Below are positions 1 through 13,304 of a stretch of DNA of 64,000 nucleotides, in pieces. Position 1 is the first letter of the stretch, and the number at the start of each line of letters is the position of its first letter. A model generated the notes under the pieces. It did no database searches. It was not told the DNA's origin and saw nothing but the letters and a program-made list of their open reading frames with translations. The position numbers were made by a program, and so were the translations under genes. Origin of the DNA: Octopus sinensis (Eukaryota); the NCBI RefSeq assembly GCF_006345805.1, contig NC_043019.1:9113360-9177359 (forward strand), written 5' to 3'.

Positions 1-279
1 GAAATATTCTTGTGCCACGCTGTATTCTATCGGTGACAAGAATGTCACTTCTTATGTGTAACATCAAAAAAGCGACCCATGGCGGCGAAGTCCTGCTGTG
101 TAGAGCGTTCAAAATGGCGCCTGAAACTTTAGCAAGGCGAAAGGTCTTTAGCATCCACGAGTCGGGAACAAAATCAAATGCTTTCTTCTCCTTCACCAAG
201 AATGACCAAGTTCCTTCAATTTTTTTACATGACGACATTATTAATCAAGATTCTTTCACAAAAATTTCTTTCTTCCCAA
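1..279 (-). mobile_element. Reverse transcriptase fragment of an RLE-type (R4/Dong-like) non-LTR retrotransposon, decayed
   Basis: Manual minus-strand translation gives ILINNVVM...KAFDFVPDSWMLKTFRLAKVSGAILNAL...DRIQRGTRIF. This matches the R4-clade RT motif KAFDSVPHSW(I/L)..L and leads into (R)GIFQGD. Stops and frameshifts are present and the fragment runs off the window edge. Confidence 0.7.
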
Positions 280-560
280 GGACATATAGCATAGTGGTTA
301 AGAGCGCATGCTAATAATGCCAAGATTCTTAGTTCGATTCCAGGCAGTGACCTGAATAGTAGTAGTAATAGTAATAATAGTAATAGTAATAATAATGATA
401 ATAATAATAATAATAACATCTAAAAATAGCTTAAGAATGAGAGCCAAGGTTCGAAATTTCCCCCAAGACACCTGATAAAAGCTGGAGGGTATATCATCCG
501 AAACGTTGTGTTAACAACAAACAAGATGAGGACAAATAACCGTCAAATGTAAATAATGTT
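280..560 (+). mobile_element. tRNA-headed non-autonomous retroelement with internal (AAT)n and a degenerate minimal hammerhead
   Basis: 280-352 is tRNA-like (A box TAGCATAGTGG, B box GTTCGATTC). (AGT/AAT)n lies at 355-415. 467-512 reads GACAC-CTGATAA-AAGCTG...CATCC-GAAACGTT-GTGTT. Confidence 0.65.
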
Positions 561-2104
561 ACCAGCTTCTTGTTCAATACTGATGTTGCCATTAGAATCT
601 CAGTGGTCTTGAAGAAACCGGTCCAGACAGGTTTATACATCTTAGACATGAGGTTCGGTCATACAAACTGGCCGGTAGTTTTTTGCCGAGGGTCATAATT
701 CTGGAGCACCACTTTCGTTTGTTATTTCAATATTTCGATCTGGGGTTCAATGGATGAACATAGATGTATACAGATGTATATAGATGTTTCTGAAAATATA
801 TACACACTTGTAGAATATAACGGGATCGTTGCGCAGATTACAATAGATAATAGCGAGAACAACAATAAGCATAAGGCCCGGACCTAGGGAGGCGGGTGGT
901 GGGGTAATCGATGACATTGACATTCTGTTAGCTCGTAACCTTAATAAATCTACTATGAATACTGGGCCTGAAATTTAATAATAATCCTTTCTACAAAAGG
1001 CCTGAAATTTTGGGAGAAAGCTGTAGTGTCATCAGCTTCGGGGTTCAGCTGGGATGTATTTCCTCGACCCCCAAAAAATCATTGGCATAGTTCACTTTTC
1101 TATGATTTGAACTCAGTTTATAAAGATCCGAAACAACTGATGCAAGCGAATTCATACAAGCTTTCTGGATTCAAAGATGTTATTAAAACAGACGGGCCTA
1201 CAAAGTCAAAAATCTAATAGAATGGGATGCTGAGGCCAAGACATTATACAGTTTAGGGTTTTTTGAAATTTGCACAAAATTATTTATTGAATATTTATAA
1301 ATGAACAATGTAATTAATTTAGACGCATAAAATAGAGAACGTCCAATCCGACCCAAGAACGAATTAAGACGTACTTTTTGTGTTCGATCAGTGTATTCCC
1401 CTTCCATGTGCTCCGTAACAAAATATGCAAATAGCTGGTGAGCTTTCGGAATGGCTTAGAAAGCGCTTGCATCATGGTAGTAGTTGGTCACCATTCCATG
1501 CCACGGAGTTATTTTCACTGCCAGGTCACTCATATTCAGTTCGTTTTATGGATGGCAACGTTAACAAAAATCTGTTGATTATTCCGTGCAAATTGCTCGT
1601 AACAACACTTTGCAGTCTCTAAAATTAGCCGGCCCCTTTTTTTTTTTTTTTTTTTTTGCATCTAATAAAATTCTCTTGTGTGTTTCTCTATGTGTGCGCC
1701 GTTGCTATTAAGAATAACGTTTAAATTATTCAAATTAACGCTTTTAATTGCTGAACTACTATTTCCCATGTACAATGTTTTCCAGCCTTTATCTTTTCTG
1801 TTCTTTGATGTAGAACCATTCTTTGATGTTTAGATGTTTGCGTTAAAACATTGCCTTGACATTTCTCTCCGAGAATCCATCTTGAATGAGCTGAAATCTA
1901 AACAGAATTTCAAAAATAGAATTATGTCAAAAACCAAAAGCCTTCGCCCGTAATAGGAGGAAATGTTCTCGAGTTGAAAACAATATTTTCAGAAATGTTT
2001 ATTTTTTCTTCAGTTGTTCTTGTTTGAAAATCAAAATATTTGGAGGCAAGTGAAAACACAACTGTTAATGTTAACACTATGAAATAATCATAACAATAAT
2101 ATTA

Positions 2105-2504
2105 AGGATTTCAAATTTTGGCTCAATGCCGGCAATTTTGGGGGAAGAGGTAAGACAATTATGTCAACCCCCCAGTGATCAACTGGGACTTATTTTATCG
2201 ATTCCGAAAAGATAAATGACAAAAATCGACTTCCGTGGAATGTGAACTGTGAACGTAACGACGTACAAAATACCTATTTCTTTACTACCCACAAGAGGCT
2301 AAACACAGAGGAGACAAACAAGGACAGACAGACGGATTAAGTCGATTATATCGACCCCAGTGCGTAACTGGTACTTAATTTAGTACCGGAAGGATGAAAG
2401 GCAAAGTCGACCTCGGCGGAATTTGAACTCAGAAAGTAACGGCAGACAAAATACCGTTAATCATTTTTCTCGGCGTGATAATGATTCTGCCAGCTCATCA
2501 CCTT
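2105..2504 (-). mobile_element. Composite of two Meta-domain-like tRNA SINE units, junction at 2274/2275
   Basis: Two copies of the core GCCGAGGTCGACTTTGCCTTTCATCC...CCAG...GGGGTCGAT on the minus strand, homologous to the intact copy at 58201-58432. The two units have different tails. Confidence 0.85.
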
Positions 2505-2507
2505 CGT

Positions 2508-2532
2508 AATAGTAGTAGTATTAGTAGTAGTA

Positions 2533-2578
<46 letters not shown>

Positions 2579-2601
2579 TAATAATACTAATAATAATAAT
2601 A

Positions 2602-2633
<32 letters not shown>

Positions 2634-2718
2634 GATGATGATGACGACGACGACGACGATGATGATGATGATGATGATGGCGATGACGATGATGATGATG
2701 ATGATGATGATGATGTAA
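2508..2718. repeat. Compound (AGT)n/(AAT)n/(GAT)n/(GAC)n microsatellite
   Basis: Directly visible trinucleotide runs; explains the poly-N/poly-D ORF. Confidence 0.95.
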
Positions 2719-3924
2719 TATAGACAGATGGTTACTATTTAAGAGGGTGGATTATTTCATTAAATCGCCCTTCTTACCGGTAAAGCGTCTTTTATAGCGA
2801 TGTTTCAACAATGGTGTTCCTTGAGATTCGAATGGCAAACACACGTTACGAGCGAGACCTAGACTCTACAAAGAATAATAAAGTCGCTTAGGCTAAATTT
2901 TTTTTTAAATAACAGCAGTGGTCCTCATCCGATGGCTCACGTTTCCAGAATTTCCTCCAAAGTATCTGACTCCTCACCCAAGCTGTTACGCCAAATATTG
3001 CAACCATCATCAGCGAAGAAGAAAAAGCACAACGTCTTGGCTACCGATGGAGGTCAGTGAGTAAAAACTTACTTCAGCAATGTACTTTTCTCTAAGTAAT
3101 ATATTAAAGGGAATTACTTTACTCTAAAGTCAACAGACACCGAGTACATCAACCTCAGTGGTCAAGTGGGATTGACCTACCGCCATCAGACACACCGTTT
3201 AAGTGTTGACCAAGATACAACATCCTTCTTCCGTTATGCAATACGCATGTTTATTGTTCCAAAAATGCCTGGACCTGTAGACGTTTCAGGCCCATAGAAG
3301 TATTGTGAGGAGGGAATTAATTCCCATCTGGGTATAATATGACAACTTATCAGTTTTTTTGTTTTGTTTATGGAACAACTTGGACAGAAATTAATCCAAT
3401 TTGCGTGTAGCACACACCTTCCGTTTCCCTGCAAGGACAAAGCCTCTTTCAAGCGGAACTTTATTCAGTTTTGAATAAATATGCAACATGCCTTTAGATA
3501 ATTAAATACACAAAGCAATAACTAATTTCTTCAAGTTTGAATCAAAAGTATGCGATAATTCTGTTTTATTTTACGTTTTTGCTGTATATATATATTTTTA
3601 TTTTTTAGTATAATGAAGTTATATATTCTGACCATCCATGACATTCAAACATGAAATTATATTTCATACCCAGATGTAAAACCTTCCTTTTATCATTGTT
3701 GACATTTTAAAAACTGGTCATCTATTGATTTCTGGTTCGAATCTATATGTACAACCTTTCATATTTAAACCTATTCTGCTCTGTCGCATTGCTTTGAATT
3801 AGATTGAGGAATAGAATGGTGAGTTATGCCACATATAACGAACGAGTCGGCTCTGTAGAAGGCAGAAAAAAGATTAAAAATAAAAGAATGTATAAGTGTA
3901 ACGGTTATTCTCATTACCATTAAT

Positions 3925-4110
3925 GAAGGCGGTGATCTGGCAGAAACTTTAGCAGCGTTTTGAATCTTTACGTTTTGAGTTCAAATTACGCCGAGACCGA
4001 TTTTAACATTCATCCATTCGAGGTCGATAAAATAAGTAGTAATTGAATACTGAGGTCAATATAATCGATTTCCCTTAGAAACTGCTGGAACTATGCCGAA
4101 CCTTGAAATC
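3925..4110 (+). mobile_element. Diverged Meta-domain-like SINE
   Basis: GGCGGTGATCTGGCAGAAAC...GAGTTCAAATT...CATCCATTCGAGGTCGATAAAATAAGTA aligns to 58201-58432. Confidence 0.75.
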
Positions 4111-4280
4111 ATTATCGATTTTATATCTTCGCACAAGGCCGGAACTTTCGTGGGGGAGGGGTGAAAGTCTTAACTTACTACGCTCTAATTTTTACTTTGT
4201 AAATTTTTAATTTTTATCATTCTTATCATTTGTAAATTTTCTTTTTGCATTTTGTCATTCGTATTTGTGGTATGTATGTA

Positions 4281-4321
<41 letters not shown>

Positions 4322-4435
4322 TATATATATTATATATATATATATATATGTACATGTAATTATACATGTATACATTTATACATACATATATATACTTATA
4401 TATGTATGTATATTATTTTATTCTTTTATTTTTTA

Positions 4436-4701
4436 TTTGTTTCAGTCATTTGACTGCGCCCATGCAGGAGCACCACATTTAGTTGAACAAATCGACCCCA
4501 GGACTTATACTATCTGTCTCTTTTGCCGAACCGCTTGTTAACAGGGATGTAAACACACCAGCATTGGTTGTCAAGTGATGGTGGAGGTACAAGACGCACA
4601 CACACATACACACACACACACATACACACACACACACACACATCGAAATCGCGATCTTCCGACTGCGAGTCCGCTGCCCTAACCACTAGGCCATTGCGCC
4701 T

Positions 4702-4740
<39 letters not shown>

Positions 4741-4918
4741 TGCACACATACATATATATATATACGTATATATAGATGGGCTTCCTTTCAGTTTCTGTCT
4801 ACCAAATCCACTCACAAAGCTTTGGTCGACCCGAGGCTATAGTAGAAGACACTTGCTCAAGGTGTCATGCAGTGGGACTGAACCCGGAACCAAGTAGTTG
4901 ATAAGCAAGCTACTTACC
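4436..4918 (-). mobile_element. tRNA-derived SINE with CORE-like domain and internal (CA)n
   Basis: Reverse complement matches 61825-62183 (GGGTTCAGT.CCACT, CCTTG.GCAAGTGTCTT, GGATTTGGTAGAC.GAAACTGAAAG, GGTGCTCC.GCATGG). Confidence 0.85.
4643..4701 (-). mobile_element. Isolated tRNA-like head of the SINE family seen at 56420, nested in (CA)n
   Basis: Reverse complement GGCGCAATGGCCTAGTGGTTAGGGCAGCGGACTCGCAGTCG...GATTTCGA is nearly identical to 56420-56478. Confidence 0.75.
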
Positions 4919-5201
4919 TCAAATACTTACCTATCTATACAGGTCGTACCAAAGGACGTAGACAACATGTATGACATGAACATTATCGTACTGAGTTCAT
5001 TAAAATCATTAGCACATTAAATTAGCTTCATTTTCATTGTCAATAATCATAACAATGCATTTCTCATAATATTATAATAATGTGTTTTTGTAATAACTTG
5101 TAATATTTTCGATAAAAATAAACGAGTATCGTACATGTTTTCTTTCTTCAGAACTGGATACCAACTTTTGCACCCTTCTGTATAACGTACAATATATGTG
5201 C

Positions 5202-5234
5202 ATAGATAGGTAGATAGATAAGTAGATAGATAGG

Positions 5235-5324
<90 letters not shown>

Positions 5325-5344
5325 TATCTACGTGTATATATATA

Positions 5345-5380
<36 letters not shown>
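5202..5380. repeat. (GATA)n followed by (TA)n microsatellite
   Basis: Directly visible. Confidence 0.95.
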
Positions 5381-5381
<1 letters not shown>

Positions 5382-5473
5382 GTATATCTTTGGGTGCGTG
5401 TATATATGATATTCTCTTGTATATTTATGAACACTCACGTCTGTGTTTCTATAACACTTGCTCCCTCTCGCGT

Positions 5474-5515
<42 letters not shown>

Positions 5516-5940
5516 ACTTTCACTTTCTTTTCCTGCAGTCTCATCAAAGATTCAGAGAGTCAGCAACTAAAACGAGTACTTTTTTCTTGTTAGCAATCCG
5601 CGGCACCCTGCCACCCCATTCGCACCCTTCCCCCCCCCCCCCCCGTTTAGCCACTTCTAACCTACAAACCCGCCGAACCACCCTCTTCTCTCCCATCACT
5701 CTCACATCTTTCTTCTCTCTCCCTCACTCTTTCTCTCCCGCACTCCTCCTACTCCCTCGCACCGTCTCCTCCGTCCAATACCCATTTCTTCAACTTCCTG
5801 CTTTTTTTTTTCTCTCCAGTCTATCGACTTCGTCTTCCCTCCTTCACTTCTCTCCTCCCTCCATCACTCTTCTCTATCATTCTCTGCTACACTCTGATTA
5901 TTACACTCTGTCGTTGATTCTCATTCTATCTTTGAAGTTC

Positions 5941-6120
5941 TCTCTCTCTCTCTAACTCTCTCTCTCTAACTCTCTCTCTCTCTCTAACTCTCTCTCTCTA
6001 ACTCTCTCTTTCTCTAACTCTCTCTCTCTAACTCTCTCTCTCTCTAACTCTCTCTCTCTAACTCTCTCTTTCTCTAACTCTCTCTCTCTCTAACTCTCTC
6101 TCTCGCTCTCGCTCTCTTTC
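5941..6120. repeat. Higher-order (CT)n repeat punctuated by AA every 14-18 bp
   Basis: CTCTCTCTCTCTAA-type units repeated about ten times. Confidence 0.9.
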
Positions 6121-6300
6121 TTTCTCATCAATAACGAATATATCGATCTTTATTGCTTTATCTATCAATACCCACCTACCCCACACCTCTTGCCTTACCA
6201 GCCACCCGTGCGCTCACACACGTTCACACATACATTAAACAAACACGTATTGGCAGATATCTATACACAGACCAAACACACACACACATACACACACACA

Positions 6301-6397
<97 letters not shown>

Positions 6398-6429
6398 GCA
6401 TACACACACAAAGAGTTATCGCCGACTGA

Positions 6430-6497
6430 AACACCACTAATAACATCACAACTACAAGAACTACTACCATACTACTACTACTGCTGCAGCTACTACC

Positions 6498-6528
<31 letters not shown>

Positions 6529-6636
6529 AAAATAATAATGATAACAAATGATGATGATGACGACGACGATGGAGATGATGAGGAAGATGATGATGATGTT
6601 GCTGCTGCTGCTGATGATGATGATGATGTTGCTGCT

Positions 6637-6667
<31 letters not shown>

Positions 6668-7631
6668 ATGATAACGACGATGATGATGATGATGACGATG
6701 GTGACGTCGACGACGACGGAGACGATATTGATGATGATGATGAAGATGATGATGAAGAAGATGACGATGACGACGACGAGAAATACAGCGATGATGATGA
6801 AGATGATAGTTCCAACATCACTTTTACCATCATTAGCAAAAGCTTGTATGTGGTCACTTGATCTGCTAAAAGTAGTAGCTCAAACATCCTTATATCACAC
6901 CTGCTGTCTTTAAAATGCTGATGTTTACTTCAGCTACATTATCATTTTTTAATTTGTTATGTGGTATCTGAATACAAACGGGATGGTCGTGGTAGGAATA
7001 CGTAGATGAGAACAGGTTTGGGGCTTTACAAGAAGAGAGCCACCAGTTTTACAATCGCCAATACCCGCCCCTCCACCAACACAACACCCCCACATCCTCA
7101 CAACAGTAACAGCTCTTAAACAACAACAATCACAACAACAATACAACAAAACCCTCGCAACAACAACACCATGAGTATAACTCTACATACTGGCCAATAA
7201 TAAGGACACAAGGCGAACAACAACAGCAACAGCAACACAAATAGACGACCATCACCACCAACACACCACCACCACCACAACATTAAGTCATAGTACCTCT
7301 GATACTACCACAGCAACGACAGCTAATACCAACAACACAACAACCACCCTGACTACAACATAAGCGATCATCACAACTTGTGCATCGTCATCTTGACTGC
7401 ACCAGAATGAACGCAACCACCACCAACACTACAACAACAGCAACACAAACTCCCAAACCACTACCATAACCACTAACTCCACCACAACAACAACCGTTAA
7501 TTGAAACAAAATTACACCCGTCCCTACGCCAAGTTCGATCCTGCAACCAGTGGCTTTGCATCACAACTATCTCTTCAATCAGCCGCAACACAGATGGCTG
7601 TCACTACAACAACTACAACAACATTACCACC

Positions 7632-7662
<31 letters not shown>

Positions 7663-7675
7663 CCACCACCGCCAC

Positions 7676-7711
<36 letters not shown>

Positions 7712-8095
7712 AAGAAGTACCACAACTTTGTTTACGCTAAGTAACCATAGCCCCTCAAATATAACTTTATCACAACTATCACTATCGCTACCACCGACAC
7801 CACTACAAACTTCACTGCAACGACTACTTCTAAACCACTACTACTACTACTACTACTATCATCAGCATATCACAGCCACAACTACTAACAACACTGTACC
7901 ACTCTAGTCACTATCACACCACTACTAGAATTACGGTGAGGGTACCACCACCAGGGTACCACTACCGAAATATGCCATACCGCCACCATCAGAACGATAC
8001 CACAAGTGCTGGCACCAATACTACAAACACTATAATTGTAGCAGCATCACACACATACGACCACCACTGTACGTCCGCCACCCACCACCACCATC

Positions 8096-8143
<48 letters not shown>

Positions 8144-8310
8144 GCTGCTACCTTAGCACTGCCATTAGCTCAGCCCTAATTACCACTGTGGCCCCATCAC
8201 CACCATCAACACCACTCTACCTCTCGAAGCACCACTACTACTAACGCCACCACTACTTTACTATTACTACTATAACTTCTACTACTACTGCTGCTGCGGC
8301 AGCTGCTGCT
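6430..8310. repeat. Long compound, degenerate trinucleotide region (CTA/CCA/CAA/GAT/GCT)
   Basis: Low-complexity triplet runs; the ORFs here are homopolymeric. Confidence 0.85.
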
Positions 8311-8414
8311 TCCCTTACATCTCACACATTTTACATCACTCCACTGACTGCTAAATCTCAGATCAAAGAGATTTACGGCTTTCAGTTCTTTTTACTGCAA
8401 TACTGTAACGATTG

Positions 8415-8564
8415 GCTCGGGTGGACGGGTGGAGAGAGAAGACTGACGGGTGGTCACGTGGTAGGGGAGGGTTCGGGTAGGCGTGCTGTGTAGTCGCTTT
8501 GAACAGCGAGTATATTTGTGTATGACACTGTGTGTGTATGTGTGTGTGTGCTTGTGTGTGTGTT

Positions 8565-8600
<36 letters not shown>

Positions 8601-8701
8601 TAGAGAGAGGGTGAAATATGAAGTGAGTTGGAGTGTTTCTTCTCGGGTGGAGAGTAGAATGTCGGGTGGAAAAGTTGTATAATGTAGTGTTTCAAACAAG
8701 T

Positions 8702-8734
<33 letters not shown>

Positions 8735-9025
8735 CTGTTTGATTTGAGATGGAGTGTTTCATTTCGGGTGGAAAGAAGATTGTCGGGGTAGTCGAATAGC
8801 GTAATGTAGTGATCGTAAGAATCAGTGTATACGTGTGTAGTTCTATGTATTTGTGTGTATGGTCGTGTATGCGAGTGTGTGCGTGTATAAATGTGTGAGT
8901 ATGTGTGTGTGTGTGTTAGGGGCTGAGTGCTTCATTTCGGGTGAAGTGAAGAATGACGGGTGGACGGAGAGGCGAGTAGTGGAGTGGAGAAGGTCCATGG
9001 AAAGTGTGTCTGAGTGTCTACATGT

Positions 9026-9072
<47 letters not shown>

Positions 9073-9165
9073 GTGTGATATACGTATGGGTGTGTATGTG
9101 TGTACAAGTGAATGGGTGTCAGAGAGATAAAGGGGTGAGTTATTTCATTTCGGGTGGAAGTGTTT
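8415..9165. repeat. Degenerate tandem array: conserved TTTCATTTCGGGTGGA...AGAATG.CGGGTGG motif separated by (GT)n
   Basis: Motif copies start near 8415 (partial), 8631, 8752, 8925 and 9137. Confidence 0.65.
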
Positions 9166-11299
9166 GAAGAGGGAATTAAAAATGTGTGCCACAGATGAAA
9201 CTTGTGCGAAGAGCAGTCGTCGTTCTTGTTATTGTTGTTATTGTTGTTGCATAGCCCTGGGTCAAACTTGATCGAACAAACCTGTATTCAAAGAGATTCC
9301 AGCCGTGACCAAACCGTATTTTTAGCCAATGATTTTTTTTCTTTCCATTTCTCTTCAAGACATTAGATGTAATTTGAAAGAAAATTGGTTGCTATTTCTA
9401 GCAGGTCAAGTCTCCAGGAAGAGGGTCCATAATGACTGAATGCAGCGGAATATATTAATCTCCTGTTTGATAAGCCCCAAATCAGATCAGTTTGGCCATC
9501 GTTTCTCTATTCCTAAGGAATCAAACCAGAACTACATTAAACAGGAAGTCTTTTCCTAAGAGTTTAACGTATGATTTTAAGGACATTTGGCTATTGTTTA
9601 TAGCAAATCGTGAAACAAGATAAGAACTGCTTCAATGGTATGTTGTTGGGCATAGTGTAGCGTGAGTAAAAATGCTGTCACCTGTTTGCACTAAATATGA
9701 ACTTGAAACCGGTGTCCTTTCAGTTACTTCCGACCATTTCTTCTTTTGCTGTTATCGTTTATCTGCTTGCTAACTCTGGTCAGTACGACCCAGCATCAGC
9801 ATTCCATCCAGTCGTTTGCTGTCCTAGGTTTCCACCAATGTTTCCAATGTTTTTATGGGTAAATGCAACACGGTATTATGGTGGGTGGTTTTTACTTATA
9901 CCGCTTTCAAAACTGAACATCAGCCATATTGTTGGTAAGGGTATTTGGATAGGTCAGGGGTACTGAACCATCTTGTCTGAACCTTTTGAAAAACACATTC
10001 GAACCTTATAAGTGTTTGAGGTATTTGTGACGTTTGTGAATGTGTGTGTGTATGTGTTCTTGTGCGTCTGTTTGCTTGCGTATGTGTGTGTGTGTGTGTG
10101 TGTGCGTGTTCCTGTGTGTCTGTGTTTGTGTGTGATTGAGTGTGTGTGTGTATGTTTGTGCTCGCATGTAGCCAAACCAAAGTGTGTTATACAAAACATA
10201 ACAGAATATACCAGGCGCAGGCGTTCAACGCAACATGAACTTTCATAGACGCCTATTTGTGGATCATACCCAACGCACAGACACCACTGACCCGCACGAG
10301 GATTGTTTTTCTTATTAATTTATTTTTGTTTTTTTGTTGAGAGAAAATCATTTCCTTGCAATATGCTAAGAACAAGATATATATATCAGTGAGGGACGAA
10401 CCTCGTCTCGTCAGGGACTCACGGTGACAGGGTCCATTTAGGGCGAAACTATACAATGGACGACCCTGACGTTTTATATTGTTGCAGTTCTTGATGAGAA
10501 CGACTGAGGAAGGGAATATTCGCGAATAACTGGACCTCCTTTTAGACTTAATTTCTCCTTTTCTCTCCCTTCTTCTCTCTCTCTCATTCTTTCTCTCTTT
10601 TCCTCACTTTGCGAAATTTGACATCAAGATTTTCGAGAATTTTCCTCATCGTATATGGCATATCGACTCCCTCGGAGATGTACAAAAGAAACATTCTTTA
10701 GAGATCTTGTTAATGGCAAAGATCTCCAATTTCACATATATTCTATATTAAACATCATTTAAAAATATAAAACTTGCTGCACTAGAAACCATAGTTGTGG
10801 TCATTAGTCCGACCACCTGATACGAGGGCAAGATTTTACAGTTTGTGAACAGTAACGTCAGCATCTTCGTTGTAAATATCCTTGATTTTCACTGACTGAG
10901 CTTTTGGCAAATTCTCGACAATCTATGAACATGTTAAGAGAAACATACATCTGCAAACAACAAAACCGATATCGTGAAAGGGTCCAATTTTCAACTGCTC
11001 CCTGTTTGATATAAAATAGAACATTCCTTTGGGATTTCTCTCTGTAATTCAGCCCATAGAATTTAGTGGCATCAAATAGCATGTTATTGTCATTCACCCA
11101 GTTCTATTTGGCATCAGTGTCTCGTTGGTGTGTGGGTGTGAATATTCATTTGTCTTCATTTTAAGCATCACTGAAGACGACCGGAAACATAGCTGAGAGA
11201 TTAAGAAAGTCCGTTTCGTAATGTTGAGATCCAAGCTTTGATCGATCCCATTGTATAGCATATTGGAAAACTGTCGATTACCATAGTGAAGTGTACAGC

Positions 11300-11730
11300 T
11301 GACAAGTCTGGTTTTGGTGTTCTGCGGCAACTCATTACTTCCCAAGAGACTGCTTTGCGACGATCCAAGGACCCGCTCACAGTTGGACTGAAGACGTTTG
11401 CAAGAAATACCGATACCTGGGAAACGCAAACGCAAGGCCGCCCTGCCTGGCGAAGCTGCACCATTAGAGGTACCACCTTCTTTGGACAGAACAGGATTGC
11501 CAAGGACACAACGAAAATGTGAACTGCACAAGTCCAGATCCGACCCCTTGCCTTCAGTGTCGACTGACCACCAGTGTTCGACTTCCGGGCAGGCTTCGGG
11601 TTCATTGGTCAAGTTGTACATTGATTATGCCAGAGTTGAGAGAACAAGTGCCTCTGTGATACATATCATTCAGTCGTTAGTTTAACGTGTTTAAGTACAC
11701 GAATGCTCATCGTCGAAAGTGACGGATGAT
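11300..11730 (+). mobile_element. 3' end of an RTE-clade LINE, decayed
   Basis: Frameshifted translation LPKRLL...KDPLTVGLKTFARNTDTWETQTQGRPAWRSCTIRGTTFFGQNRIA/QRKCELHKSRS...DHQCSTSGQA matches the RTE C-terminus (WE..A.DR..WR, then HxCxxCG). A short 3' stem-loop CGTC-GAAAGT-GACG follows. Confidence 0.8.
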
Positions 11731-12706
11731 TCGTCAGGTTCAATTCAGTTTTCGTTGTTTGTTACAGAAACTGGAAGTGTGTAAATATTTATGTATGAAA
11801 GTGTAGAATGCTAACGGGAGTATGTAATGACAGGTATATACTACAAGACTCGATTGTGTTGCAAGTGGAATTGTGCAGTTTGCAGTGCAAATATGCAGCT
11901 ATAGTCTTGCAGTAGGTTGCGCAATTACGCAGCGGTAGAGAATGTAGAATTTGGCATGATATAGTGTGAGAATGGGAAGGTTCAATTGTCTTGGTGACAG
12001 ACAAGCAAGTGGTGGTCGCTAAATTTGAGAAGCTGGTAAGGCAAGTAATTAATAATTAGCGAACATTTTGATGTTGTTATTGTTGCTACCACTGCCCTTG
12101 TTATTTAGCCCAAGGTCAGCCTCTGCTGGACACAGCGAAGAACATAAAATGCGTTTTGAGTTCATAACAAAAATTGTATTATGCTAACGCATATGTGTAT
12201 ATATATTTGTGTACAAATATGTATGAATGCGTGTGTACATATATATCCGTGTATATATAAATAAGTATGTGCCTCTGTGTGTATGTATATGAATGTATAT
12301 ATGTATTTACATGTGTACAGTAGAGAGGGAACGGGAGTATATAATGACACTGTTAATTTCCTGTTTCCAATGATACATGCCTTAAAGTAGAAGATCCTTT
12401 AATGGGTTTATGCTGTGGATATTGGATGTGATTTGACTTTTGTTTTGCGTTTGGTGAAAATACGCCACCAGGAATTTCAAATGTAGATTTTAGAGAGAAA
12501 ATGAATTTGGGTAACGAGCATAAAAATGAGGTTCAGAGTGCTAAACCTAAACTACGAGTGAAGGGGGGGAGAAGTCCCTGCTAAGTGTGAGTAAATGGTT
12601 GGGGGTAGAAGAGGTTGCTTAACTTTGGTGAAGGTGGGTAGGATGACTTGAATGTACGTAATTGAATGTGAGAAGCGCTGATAAGAGTGTTTAATTTAAC
12701 AGGGAT

Positions 12707-12739
<33 letters not shown>

Positions 12740-13185
12740 TAATGTGGTTATAGAATTGCGTAGATATAGGGAGGGGTATCAGATGCTGGTTATTGATAGA
12801 TTAGAAACATGTGTAAGGGTTAGCGGGTAATGAGGAGTAACAGAGAAGTGGGGGGGGGGAGAGAAGTAGAAAAAGAACACCAACAATAGCAGCAACAACA
12901 ACAACAACAACCGTGCGAGAGAAGGAGGAGGAGGAGGGGGAATATTTAATGCAAGAATTCAATAAAGGATGTCAAATTAAAGTTGGTTTATGACAGGTAT
13001 AAAGTGAGTGCGCTGTATAGAAATGTAACGCCGGACTACGGAATTAGGAAACGGCGTGTGCGTGCGTGAGTACGTGTGTGTGCGTATGTGTGCGTGTGTG
13101 TATGTGTGTGAGTGAGTGATTGTTAGCGTGCTTCTGAATACCATGTGGGTACCTGTATATGTGTATGCATTTATATACATATGGG

Positions 13186-13219
<34 letters not shown>

Positions 13220-13265
13220 ATATACACATACATACATATATATATATATATATACATTCAAATAC

Positions 13266-13304
<39 letters not shown>

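Noticed and set aside
280-352. Functional tRNA gene (also 56420-56492)
   Set aside because: Acceptor and anticodon stems are disrupted, there is no oligo-T terminator, and the sequence continues into a repeat body; these are SINE-type heads.
3110-3452. Possible hAT transposase relic (LISCHIIPRWEL resembling HCxIHRxxL)
   Set aside because: Similarity is too faint to call without a profile search.
4940-5180. TA-CAG...CTG-TA Tc1-like MITE
   Set aside because: The ends match over only a few bases; TIRs are not convincing.
6261-6913. Long poly-Ser/Asp/Met ORFs
   Set aside because: Translations of (GAT)n/(GCT)n microsatellites, open in several frames, with no domain content.
8415-9165. CRISPR-like repeat/spacer array
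   Set aside because: Eukaryotic context, degenerate repeats, microsatellite spacers of uneven length, no cas genes.
11094-11621. 175-aa minus-strand ORF as a host gene
   Set aside because: Largely antisense to an RTE LINE 3' fragment.
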